From a virus (Duplodnaviria; Caudoviricetes): a DNA stretch of 64,000 bases. The DNA lies in the IMG/VR virus record IMGVR_UViG_3300025413_001239, one strand, 5' to 3'. The position numbers and the translations under genes were made by a program. Positions 28,872-38,053 of the stretch are shown piece by piece. The notes beneath the pieces were generated by a model that searched no databases, was not told where the DNA came from, and saw only the letters and a program-made list of their open reading frames with translations. Every line of letters starts with the position of its first letter. The stretch's first letter is position 1.

Positions 28872-29525
28872 ATGAGTTTAAAAGATTTGTTCATTGTTAA
28901 TGATGAAAACGCATCAAAACAAGCTGAACCTAAACAAGCAACATCGTTTCCAACTAGTGCGCCAGTTACAAGTTTTCCAACATCTGCACCAGCTTTCACA
29001 CCGCAAGTTAAAGATGAACATCTAAACAAATTTGTTGAGCAGTATCAATCAACTTTTGATGCCCTTAACCAAGCTGGATATGATTTTTATGAATTTTTCA
29101 ATGCCATCATTAAGACAAATGGTGTAGATAATCTACAAATGTATCAAATGGCTTTAAGTATGGCTACAGCCATGGATGCCAGTATTACTAAGGAAAAATT
29201 GGTATCTCAAGCGGATTATTACCTTAATGAACTTAATAAAGTTTATAATCAGTATGTTAGTGATGGGAACACCAAAAAATCTAATTTGGTTAATCAGAAA
29301 GAGTCTGAAAAACAATCATTAACAAATGACTTAGCCTCACTTAATCAACAATTGTTATCTATTCAATCTCAAATTAGTGAGAAACAATCAGCTTTATCTA
29401 GCATTGAGGATAAATACTCACCACTTATTGCTGAAGTTGGTAGTAAGTTACTGGCTAATGATTCAGCAAAAAATGACCTTGTAAATAAGATTTCTAAGGT
29501 AAAAAATAATCTTTCACAAATTTAA
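28872..29525 (+). CDS. coiled-coil protein of the OmpA/ABC module
   Basis: ORF with long heptad region. Confidence 0.75.
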   Translation: MSLKDLFIVNDENASKQAEPKQATSFPTSAPVTSFPTSAPAFTPQVKDEHLNKFVEQYQSTFDALNQAGYDFYEFFNAIIKTNGVDNLQMYQMALSMATAMDASITKEKLVSQADYYLNELNKVYNQYVSDGNTKKSNLVNQKESEKQSLTNDLASLNQQLLSIQSQISEKQSALSSIEDKYSPLIAEVGSKLLANDSAKNDLVNKISKVKNNLSQI

Positions 29526-29577
29526 TTTGTTAGTTTAAAATAACTATCGTATCTTTGCGCAAATAAAAGTAAATAAC

Positions 29578-30717
29578 ATGCAAACACAAACTACAACAGC
29601 GACATCAACGCTACAGGCAAATTTGATGCAATTGCCGATTCTTCAACACTTTGATTCAAATCAACTTGTTACTAGTGTGGATTCTTATCGTAAGGGTGAA
29701 AAGCCAATCAGTGGAATTTTAAAGCTATTGGCCCTTTTAGGTATTGGTTATGGCTTGTATCTAGCTATTACAACGATAATCCCACAATTCGTATTGGCTT
29801 TAGGTGTAATAGCCTATTATGGTACCATTGGTGCTGCAATTCTTTTTGGTATTGTTTTAACCCCTTGGATTTTTGGTAAAATGAGACAGCTAAGCAAATT
29901 CTTAGCTAAGAACCTTATTCAAAGTGACCCATTTGGTGAATTAGCTACTCAAAAGCAAAAGATGATTCAAAACCAACAAGTGTTTAGAATTTCTAAGTCT
30001 AAAATTGATGCTCTTAAGAATGATATGCAGGTTGAAGCTAAGAAATCTGAGGATGATGCTAATAAACTTCAATCACAAGTTGTTAGTTTACAAGCTAAAT
30101 GTTCAGCTCTTAAGACTAAACTAGATGATATGGTCAAGACTGGTGGTGCTGAGGCTAGAAATTCTGATGAATATGTAAATGGTCAATCTGATTTGATGAA
30201 AATGCTTGCTGACAGCCAACGTATGTCAAATAAACTTACCCAAAGCAAAGACTTTATTCAAAAGTATGGTACTCGTGCTGCGGTTATGAAGAAAATGGGT
30301 CAAAAATTAGTGATGGTTGAAGCTAGTATGGACATCAAAATAGCTGATTTCGATGCCACTGTTGAAATGCTTAAAAAGGATTATGATTTTGCTCAAAAAT
30401 CTCGTGCTGCTACTGATGCTGCTAAATCCGCTATGCTATTCGATAAATCTTGGGAATTGGATTATGCGTTGGATGTTGTTACAGCTACAATCGCTTCTGA
30501 TATTGCCATTACAAGTGGTAACCTTAGAGACATCGATAATCTTACAAGTAAGTATTCAATGGATTCTGACGAGTTGTACGCTAACCTTAACACTTTAGCT
30601 GATAATATCAAGGCTGGAAAAGACGATGTGCCAAGTGCTAAGCAATACAATAACGCTGATTATCAGTTCAGTGCTAGTGATAAACTTGGTTCTCAAGGTT
30701 TAACTGATATGTTCTAA
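29578..30717 (+). CDS. 2-TM plus long coiled-coil protein (PspA/IM30-like architecture)
   Basis: N-terminal TM helices and a long helical domain. Confidence 0.6.
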   Translation: MQTQTTTATSTLQANLMQLPILQHFDSNQLVTSVDSYRKGEKPISGILKLLALLGIGYGLYLAITTIIPQFVLALGVIAYYGTIGAAILFGIVLTPWIFGKMRQLSKFLAKNLIQSDPFGELATQKQKMIQNQQVFRISKSKIDALKNDMQVEAKKSEDDANKLQSQVVSLQAKCSALKTKLDDMVKTGGAEARNSDEYVNGQSDLMKMLADSQRMSNKLTQSKDFIQKYGTRAAVMKKMGQKLVMVEASMDIKIADFDATVEMLKKDYDFAQKSRAATDAAKSAMLFDKSWELDYALDVVTATIASDIAITSGNLRDIDNLTSKYSMDSDELYANLNTLADNIKAGKDDVPSAKQYNNADYQFSASDKLGSQGLTDMF

Positions 30718-30736
30718 AAAAAAGTTGTAAAATATT

Positions 30737-30758
30737 TGGTGGAATGAAAGTTCCACCA
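30737..30758. promoter_or_regulatory. palindromic operator-like site TGGTGGAA-N6-TTCCACCA within a promoter
   Basis: perfect 8-bp arms; near copy at 31129-31150. Confidence 0.55.
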
Positions 30759-30784
30759 TATATTTGCATCATAAAAATAAAAAA

Positions 30785-31120
30785 ATGACAAAAGAAACAG
30801 TTGAAGTTAGTGTTGAATTTATTAAGCAAGCTTTTAAGGCTGCTTGTGATGGTTGGAAAGAAAAATTGCTCAATGAATTTCCAGATTTGGATTTATATGG
30901 TGGTCCTAAAAAGGGTGATTTACGTAAAGCTACAACTAGCTCATTAGTAGTCTATGTAACTAGAAATTCATTTGGTAATAGTTTTTCTGGTATTGTGGTA
31001 ATTCCTGATGAGGAAAATAACTACCCAATTGGATATGTGAGTAAAGAATGGAGTGCGTCTAAATCCCAAATTTATGATGGTAAACCAATAGATGTCGCAG
31101 GAATTTTGGGGATTAAATAA
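30785..31120 (+). CDS. hypothetical protein
   Basis: ORF after promoter. Confidence 0.6.
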   Translation: MTKETVEVSVEFIKQAFKAACDGWKEKLLNEFPDLDLYGGPKKGDLRKATTSSLVVYVTRNSFGNSFSGIVVIPDEENNYPIGYVSKEWSASKSQIYDGKPIDVAGILGIK

Positions 31121-31170
31121 AAAAAATTTGGTGGATTAAAATATTCACCATATATTTGCATCATTAATAA

Positions 31171-31194
31171 ATATCGGGATATTCCGAAAAAGTC
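31171..31194 (+). repeat. 24-nt 5'UTR motif, copy 2
   Basis: identical to 28812-28835. Confidence 0.8.
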
Positions 31195-31212
31195 GTTAAA
31201 AAAAAGTAAAAA

Positions 31213-33030
31213 ATGGGTAGTATTTTGAAAGTCAAGAATTTGACAACATTAGCAGAAGGTGTAATCGTATTCGTAGGATTGGCCGTAATTTTAACAGGTG
31301 TTTATTTCTTTGCGCCAGGTCTTCGAGTTTCGGGGTCAAAAGTCCTAAGTGGATTAAAGATTGGAAGTGAAAACATCGACAACGCTGGGGTAGCGGAGAA
31401 GATTAGTTTACCTTCAAAAGATGTATCAACAAAAGTAACAAGCAAGCCACTTAAGCGTATTGCTGAGTATGGTTGGAACGCAAACGCTGGTATGATTGTA
31501 GCAAATGGTGGTCCTCGTACAACTAAGGGTTCTATTTTAGAAGGTCTTGGTGAAAATATCGAAATCGTTAAGATTGACGGTGTATCAGATTTGCGTAACA
31601 TGCAAGTAAGCTTTGTAGAAGAACTTAATTCAGGTAACGAAAATCCAGTAGGTGAAAAATCAGCGTTTGCTGTATCTATTATGGGTGATGGTGCCGTATT
31701 TTATGCAACCACACTTCAAGCAGAATTGGATAATAAATTTGGTAATGGTAAGTATCATGCACAAATAATTGGTGGTTATGGTTTATCATTTGGTGAGGAT
31801 AAAGTTATCGGTCCAAGAATTTGGAAGGATAATCCTAAATCAATGGAAGGTGCTGTACTTAGTTCTGTAATCGGTGACGGTGACTGGGTTATTGCAATTA
31901 ACTATTGCTTCGCAAACGGTTTAAAGGTTAATACAGATGCAACAACTTACGATGCACACGCCGTAAACTTTTTACCTAGTGAAAATGATGATTACATTAA
32001 TTCTGTTAAGGAACTTATTAAATCTCAAAAAAGTGGTTATACCGTATCATTGAAAGAAGTAGTTGATGGCAAATTGACAGGTAAAACTGTAAATAGAAAA
32101 ATTGACGGTGCTACTACATGGACCCCAGGTGACAAATTGGCATTCGAGAGTCTTTCTGGATTCACTGATGTAGTTTCTACTAGAGATTTCAATAACCAAA
32201 TGTGTGCTGTAATGGTAACCATTAAGGAATATGCGCTTAAGCATGACAAAGAAGTGTCGAACATACTTAAAGCGGCATATGAAGGTGGTAATCAAATCAA
32301 GACAAGTGATGAATGGTTACATGCGGCTTCTGATGCGGTAGCTAAGACATACAACTTTGAAAATGGTAAGTACTGGTACGACATGTTTAAGGGTCAAAAA
32401 GGTACTAAAGAAGGTCTTGATTATAGTGTTGGTGGTAGTAAGGTGTTTAACTATGCTGATGCTTTGCAATACTTTGGTATCTCTGATGGTGTTAATCGTT
32501 ATAAATCAGTATATGACCAAATCTCTAAATACTTAGTTGAGTTAAATCCATGTGATTTCAATAAGACATGTAAATCTGGTCCATTAGCTTATGATGATGC
32601 TGTTAATTTGTACTTCTTGAAGTCTATTAATGATGTTCATACAGGTAAAAAGGATAGTGTTAGTTATGCTGAAAATAAGACAACTGTAATGGCTGATGGT
32701 AACTGGAAGATAAACTTTGCAACTGGTAGTTCAACTATTAGTGAATCATCTTCAAAGGACTTAGAAACAATTTACAACTTATTAATTCAAGCTGAAAATA
32801 CTAAACTTAAGATTATTGGCCACACCGATAATGTAGGAAATCCAGATGCTAATTTGACATTGTCTAAGGGTCGTGCAAATTCAGTAGCACAATACTTGAA
32901 AGATAAAGGGGTTCCATCTGAAAGGTTCCAATTAGTGGATGGTGCTGGTGATACACAACCTGTAGCTGATAATAGCACCGCTGCTGGTAAAAGTAAGAAT
33001 CGCAGGACTGAAATTCAATTATTAAAATAA
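31213..33030 (+). CDS. membrane-anchored substrate-binding-like protein with C-terminal OmpA peptidoglycan-binding domain
   Basis: N-terminal TM; INFATGS, IGHTDNVG, NLTLSKGRANSV, NRRTEI. Confidence 0.85.
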   Translation: MGSILKVKNLTTLAEGVIVFVGLAVILTGVYFFAPGLRVSGSKVLSGLKIGSENIDNAGVAEKISLPSKDVSTKVTSKPLKRIAEYGWNANAGMIVANGGPRTTKGSILEGLGENIEIVKIDGVSDLRNMQVSFVEELNSGNENPVGEKSAFAVSIMGDGAVFYATTLQAELDNKFGNGKYHAQIIGGYGLSFGEDKVIGPRIWKDNPKSMEGAVLSSVIGDGDWVIAINYCFANGLKVNTDATTYDAHAVNFLPSENDDYINSVKELIKSQKSGYTVSLKEVVDGKLTGKTVNRKIDGATTWTPGDKLAFESLSGFTDVVSTRDFNNQMCAVMVTIKEYALKHDKEVSNILKAAYEGGNQIKTSDEWLHAASDAVAKTYNFENGKYWYDMFKGQKGTKEGLDYSVGGSKVFNYADALQYFGISDGVNRYKSVYDQISKYLVELNPCDFNKTCKSGPLAYDDAVNLYFLKSINDVHTGKKDSVSYAENKTTVMADGNWKINFATGSSTISESSSKDLETIYNLLIQAENTKLKIIGHTDNVGNPDANLTLSKGRANSVAQYLKDKGVPSERFQLVDGAGDTQPVADNSTAAGKSKNRRTEIQLLK

Positions 33031-33067
33031 TTTAATCAGTTAATAAGTTAAAAAATAAGGTTAACCT

Positions 33068-33736
33068 TTAAAGGTTAACCTTATTTCTTTTTATATGTCT
33101 ATTGTAATAACTACACAGTGGTTGAAGATTACTATAATACCATAGTCTAATAAGTGTCTCTTCATCCTCAGCTAAACTTGTTGGAATTATATGGTCAATA
33201 TCCCAACCATAATTTAATTCACCATTGTATAGGCCATAGTTATCCCAATTCATCCATGATTCCCATTTAGATTCAATAAATAATTTAAATTGTTCACTTG
33301 AACATCCTAATATATCTATAGTTCTATTTTTCTTACTGAAATTATTGGTCTTAAATATTTTTTTTAAATTTGTTCTAATGTTTTCTTTTAATGCGAAAAA
33401 TCTATCTGAATGATATTTCTTTTTTCTTTTGATTGTTTCATTCTTATTAATTTTTTCTTTATTTTGTTTATAATATGTTTTACGTTTCTCTTTAATAATT
33501 TCCGAATTTTCTATATAATAAACTTTACGCTTCTGGCTAATAGTCTTTTTATTTTCAATATACCTTTTTTTTCTGTATTTGCTTATTTTTTCATCGTTTA
33601 AAATCGCTGTTTTTTTACTTCGTTCTATTGAGCATATTTTACAATCATTACGCCTACCATCAACAGCATCAAGTCTTTTATAAAAGTCGGTTAATGGTTT
33701 TTCAGTACCACATTTATTACATATTTTTGTTTCCAT
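33068..33736 (-). CDS. HNH-family homing endonuclease, paralog 4
   Basis: CNKC...WDIDHIIP...NLQPLCS; stop lies in a 34-bp palindrome (33053-33086). Confidence 0.85.
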   Translation of the reverse strand: METKICNKCGTEKPLTDFYKRLDAVDGRRNDCKICSIERSKKTAILNDEKISKYRKKRYIENKKTISQKRKVYYIENSEIIKEKRKTYYKQNKEKINKNETIKRKKKYHSDRFFALKENIRTNLKKIFKTNNFSKKNRTIDILGCSSEQFKLFIESKWESWMNWDNYGLYNGELNYGWDIDHIIPTSLAEDEETLIRLWYYSNLQPLCSYYNRHIKRNKVNL

Positions 33737-33738
33737 AA

Positions 33739-33906
33739 TTAAAATATTTTATCTATAGTCTTATTTTTTAATAAATCATCATAAATTAATTTCTCAATAT
33801 ATGCAGATTTATTTGGTTTAATTTTACCAATTAAGGTATCTAGTTCACGGTTTAATGTTACAGTAACCCGTACTTTTTTTTCTTCAGTTTTTAATTTTTT
33901 TCTCAT
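33739..33906 (-). CDS. ribbon-helix-helix-like DNA-binding protein
   Basis: KKVRVTVTLNRELDTLI...NKSAYIEKLI. Confidence 0.65.
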   Translation of the reverse strand: MRKKLKTEEKKVRVTVTLNRELDTLIGKIKPNKSAYIEKLIYDDLLKNKTIDKIF

Positions 33907-34136
33907 ACTAATAAATATCTTGAAATAATAAAAAGTATGAATTTTTATTTGTATCATTAAAATAATTTTCGTACATTTACATAAACACCTTATTTATAAG
34001 TAGTCGAAATTACTCTATTAAAGTAATTCACTTAAGTATAAAATTTAAAGGAGACTGTAATGGTCTCCTTTTTTTTTAACAAAAATAAATTTGTTGGTAT
34101 CAAATTAAGTTATATATTTGCATTAAATTAAAAAAT

Positions 34137-34340
34137 ATGGAATTTACATTCGCAAACAACAGTCAGACATCAGTTTCTGTTTTTACAGTAGATGCACATT
34201 TACCGTTTTGTTTTTCAGTTAAGCAACAAACCAAAACAAAACGTGGTACTAGAATAAATACAGCTTATTGTGGCTTAGATAAAGAAGCTGCGATAAAATT
34301 TGCTAACAAGATTCTAGAATTAGCAAAAGAAATTAAATAA
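34137..34340 (+). CDS. hypothetical protein
   Basis: ORF after a TATATTTGC promoter. Confidence 0.55.
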   Translation: MEFTFANNSQTSVSVFTVDAHLPFCFSVKQQTKTKRGTRINTAYCGLDKEAAIKFANKILELAKEIK

Positions 34341-34358
34341 TCAGTAAAAAAAGTAATA

Positions 34359-35132
34359 ATGAATAAAGTATTTAAGCCATTTGAGTTTATATCAGAAACC
34401 ACAAAGCGAACTATCATGCTTGGGTTTATCGGGTTAGTATTAGGGTTTTGGGTGGTAATGTCGGCAACATCAACAACTCATCTATTTCCCTCAGTTAAGC
34501 AAGTATTCGCAGGATTCTCAGACTTGTATGCTGATGGACTTGTGGTCCATGTATTTAGCTCATTAGGGCTGTTTTTAAAGGCTACACTCATCTCAATCAT
34601 AGTTTCTCTCATTCTTTGTTATTCTGCCCCAATTTCGGCTCTTAGACCCATAGCGGTATTTGTTTCTAAGCTAAGGTATTTACCATTAACAGGTATATCA
34701 TTTTATATTGCAATTTTGGTTCATGAAGCTAGGTCTGTTCAAGTCTGGATTCTAGTTGTGTTTATGACAACATTCCTCACAACTAGTCTTTTACAAATGC
34801 TTACTGATATTCCCGAAGAAGAATTAGACCATGCAAGAACACTTGGTTGCAGCCGATGGGAAATATTACTTGAGGTAGTTATAAAAGGTAGATTAGACTA
34901 TGTATTTGAAATGGTAAGACAAAATTTAGCTATGATTTGGATGCTTCTTGTATCAATTGAGAGTATACTTGCATCAGCTGGTGGTATCGGGTTTCTTATC
35001 AAAAATAATGACAAGTTAGGTGATAACGGCAAAGTAATTGCTTTGCAAATTATCATAATAGCAATTGGTGTTTTTTTAGATTTCACATTAACAAAACTAC
35101 GTAAATTAATCTTCAGATACTCAAATTTTTAA
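34359..35132 (+). CDS. ABC transporter permease (NitT/TauT/SsuC-like)
   Basis: 6 TM; IPEEELDHARTLG EAA-like loop; LASAGGIGFLI. Confidence 0.85.
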   Translation: MNKVFKPFEFISETTKRTIMLGFIGLVLGFWVVMSATSTTHLFPSVKQVFAGFSDLYADGLVVHVFSSLGLFLKATLISIIVSLILCYSAPISALRPIAVFVSKLRYLPLTGISFYIAILVHEARSVQVWILVVFMTTFLTTSLLQMLTDIPEEELDHARTLGCSRWEILLEVVIKGRLDYVFEMVRQNLAMIWMLLVSIESILASAGGIGFLIKNNDKLGDNGKVIALQIIIIAIGVFLDFTLTKLRKLIFRYSNF

Positions 35133-35134
35133 AA

Positions 35135-35974
35135 ATGAATTATACATCAACCGATACAATTTTATACCTTGATAAGGTTAGCGTGGGTTATAAAGATAAA
35201 AATGACCACAGCAAAGTAAATATGATACTTAAAGACGTATCATTGGAAGAAAAAGACATTCACCGTGAAGGTCATTCAGCTACTGGTCAAACAATAGCCT
35301 TTATTGGTCGTTCAGGTCGTGGTAAATCAACACTTTTTAAGGCCTTAACTGGTCTGTTGAAACCTACAAGTGGTAAAGTACTTATCATGGATGGTAACCC
35401 TAATATTCATAATTCAGCTAAAGAAGTTGCTGAGGGCGATGTTGGATTTGTTGACCAGAAGTATACGCTTTTTCGTCATAAAACTCTCACCCAGATTCTA
35501 CATTATGCGATGCGCAAGATAAACAAGACCAAACAAGAAAAGGATGCTATTATTGATAGTTATTTAGCTGATTGGGGTCTTGCTGAACATAAGGATAAGT
35601 ACCCTTGTGAACTATCAGGTGGTCAAAGGCAACGTACAGCGATACTTGAACAGATGCTTACATCTAAGCACTTTATCGTGTTGGATGAACCAGCATCGGG
35701 ACTTGATGTTTACGCAATCGAAAAGATGAAATCGTCATTTAATAAAATTTTATCTGATGATGAATTGAATACTATTATCTTTAGCACTCACGACATTAAA
35801 TTAGCCGTTGAAATGGCTGATAGTATTTATGTAATTGGTCGTCCAGAAGGTGTGGAATACAGTACTATTTTAAGACATTTTGATTTAAAACAAATGGGTA
35901 TTGCTTGGCAAGAGTATGGAAATGCTCATAGACAATTAACTCAAGATATTAAAAGTTTATTACTTAATTCTTAA
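35135..35974 (+). CDS. ABC transporter ATP-binding protein
   Basis: GRSGRGKST, LSGGQRQR, VLDEP, H-loop STHD. Confidence 0.9.
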   Translation: MNYTSTDTILYLDKVSVGYKDKNDHSKVNMILKDVSLEEKDIHREGHSATGQTIAFIGRSGRGKSTLFKALTGLLKPTSGKVLIMDGNPNIHNSAKEVAEGDVGFVDQKYTLFRHKTLTQILHYAMRKINKTKQEKDAIIDSYLADWGLAEHKDKYPCELSGGQRQRTAILEQMLTSKHFIVLDEPASGLDVYAIEKMKSSFNKILSDDELNTIIFSTHDIKLAVEMADSIYVIGRPEGVEYSTILRHFDLKQMGIAWQEYGNAHRQLTQDIKSLLLNS

Positions 35975-36762
35975 TTATCACGTTTGATATTACGATTGTG
36001 ATAACTACAAAGTGGTTGAAGATTGGAGTAATGATTTAATTTAATTACTTCGTCTTCAACTTTTGTTGTTTTAAGAGGTGTAATATGGTCAATATCCCAA
36101 CCATAGTTTTCAGTTCCGTTATAAAGTCCATAGTTATCCCAATTCATCCATGGTTCAAATAACCCCTCAAGATGCTGTTTAAACTCTTCAAATGTGCAAC
36201 CTAATATTTCGTATGTCTTAGATTTTTTTGTATAACCACCGTTTTTTATACTAACATTTATTCTATGTCGAATAGCATCTTTAGCTCGATAAAAAGGGTC
36301 TTTACGTTTTTCTATCAGTGATAGTTTTTCACGTTTTCTAACTTTATCCCAGTTATTTTTTCTATACTCTTTTTGTCTAATTTTTATACGTTCTTTATTT
36401 GCTTCGTAATAAGCTTTTAGTTTTTCTTTATTCTTTTGCGTATATTCGAAAGATTTTTGTTTTATCTTATCTTTATTCGCTTCTCGATATTTAAGTTTAA
36501 TTACTTTACTTTGTTCTTTAATACGGTCATTATTTTTCTGATACCATTGTTTTTTATATTCTTTTAGTTTATCAGAATTTAATTTAGCGTATTCTTTTTT
36601 TGTTACTGCGTATTTATCAAAGTTTTTTAAATATTCGGTGTGTTTCTTTTCTTTTTCACAAGACTTACAATAAGACCTTAATTTATTCTTAGTTTTATTG
36701 TATATTGTAAAACCAGATAATTGAATATCTAATTGGCATATACTACAAACTTTACTTTCCAT
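35971..36762 (-). CDS. HNH-family homing endonuclease, paralog 5
   Basis: CSIC...WDIDHITP...NHYSNLQPLCS; stop overlaps the ABC ATPase stop. Confidence 0.85.
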   Translation of the reverse strand: MESKVCSICQLDIQLSGFTIYNKTKNKLRSYCKSCEKEKKHTEYLKNFDKYAVTKKEYAKLNSDKLKEYKKQWYQKNNDRIKEQSKVIKLKYREANKDKIKQKSFEYTQKNKEKLKAYYEANKERIKIRQKEYRKNNWDKVRKREKLSLIEKRKDPFYRAKDAIRHRINVSIKNGGYTKKSKTYEILGCTFEEFKQHLEGLFEPWMNWDNYGLYNGTENYGWDIDHITPLKTTKVEDEVIKLNHYSNLQPLCSYHNRNIKRDN

Positions 36763-36910
36763 CTGACTTAAATTTATTGAAATATTCAACTAATAACCAG
36801 TTGATTAGTTTTGATTTGTTCTCTTGGTTTAATAATTGATAATTTTCCTCAGAAATACTAATACTCAGTTTTTTCTTTTTGTTCTCAGTAGACTTTTGTT
36901 TTCTTCCCAT
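36752..36910 (-). CDS. ribbon-helix-helix-like DNA-binding protein
   Basis: manual translation MGRKQKSTENKKKKLSISISEENYQLLNQENKSKLINWLLVEYF...; overlaps the HNH start. Confidence 0.6.
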   Translation of the reverse strand: MGRKQKSTENKKKKLSISISEENYQLLNQENKSKLINWLLVEYFNKFKSDGK

Positions 36911-37186
36911 AATTGTGATGTTTATATATAATAAATATCACGAGTTTTCTGAAAAATTCGTATTGTTACGAATTTTATTTTTAAAATGTTCGGTAAGTAA
37001 TGAATCAATTAGTTTAGATTTATTAAATTTACCCTCATCTAATTTTTTAAGAATTTCTTGGTCTAAGGCAATGCTAATTTTTTTTGGGTTATTTTTCATA
37101 AAAATAAATATAATAAATTATTTGTCTAAGTCAATTAATGTTCGTATATTTGCATCCTAATCAATATTTATATAAAAAAAAAAGAA

Positions 37187-37354
37187 ATGAAAAGAGTTTT
37201 ATCAGCATTAGCGTTAGTCGCTTTAGTAACTTTGGCAGCTTGTGGTTCGGGAACCAGCCAAAATGACACAACAAATGACACTTTGTCATCTGTAGGACCT
37301 GATACGTCTTATGGTATAACAATTGATACTACCAAGTTAGATTCTACTAAGTAG
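37187..37354 (+). CDS. small lipoprotein (55 aa)
   Basis: MKRVLSALALVALVTLAA-C lipobox; Thr/Asp-rich tail (manual). Confidence 0.75.
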   Translation: MKRVLSALALVALVTLAACGSGTSQNDTTNDTLSSVGPDTSYGITIDTTKLDSTK

Positions 37355-37437
37355 AGTTAATAAGTGTTTCAAGCTAAGTGAATTACGGGTGTTCTTTTGA
37401 ACACCCAAAATTTACACCCGAATTAAAAATTAATGTT

Positions 37438-37872
37438 ATGGATTTATTTGATGATTTATTTAATGATTTTTTTAAGAATCGTAAACCGATTAAAAAAGTT
37501 GATGATAAGCCATTCATAAGTGAATTAAAAAGTCTTATGAATGCATTAAGTGATTTTAAAACCTTCGACCCAGAAGAAGGTGAAGAAATCCAAAATAAAT
37601 TGGGTGAACCAGATGAGGTTCAAAAATTTGTTGAAAATGACATGCACTTCACCAGATTAATCTGGAATACACCACATGGTAAATTCATTAAGGTTCTTGT
37701 TACAAATGACCCAGATTCTTTTGAATTACCAACATATGATAAGGAACCTAAATCTCTTCAAGAACAACTTGATGAAGCGGTTGAAGCTGAGAATTTTGAA
37801 TTAGCTATCAAATTAAGGGACCAAATCAACGGTACAAAAAAAGTTAAAAGAACTAGGAAAAAAGTTGAATAA
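37438..37872 (+). CDS. UvrB/UvrC-motif (UVR) domain protein
   Basis: LQEQLDEAVEAENFELAIKLRDQI. Confidence 0.75.
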   Translation: MDLFDDLFNDFFKNRKPIKKVDDKPFISELKSLMNALSDFKTFDPEEGEEIQNKLGEPDEVQKFVENDMHFTRLIWNTPHGKFIKVLVTNDPDSFELPTYDKEPKSLQEQLDEAVEAENFELAIKLRDQINGTKKVKRTRKKVE

Positions 37873-37934
37873 AAATTTGTTAGTTTGAAATAACTAACGT
37901 ATATTTGCAGAGTAATTAAAAACAAAGCAAATTT

Positions 37935-38005
37935 GGTTCTATAGCTCAACGGCAGAGCTGGACTCTCTAAAAGTCTTGATGTTGGTTCGATTCCGACTAG
38001 AATCA
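37935..38005 (+). tRNA. amber-suppressor tRNA (anticodon CTA)
   Basis: ggttcta/tagaatc acceptor; agct D-stem; ggact-ctCTAaa-agtct; gttgg-TTCGATT-ccgac; own TATATTTGC promoter. Confidence 0.85.
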
Positions 38006-38053
38006 CACTTTACATTTTTTAACAATTATTGTATATTTATAAAAAAAAGAAAT

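Noticed and set aside
37758-38006. Minus-strand 82-aa ORF, plus ORFs at 51680-51883 and 52585-52782
   Set aside because: Antisense or overlapping translations of tRNA genes.
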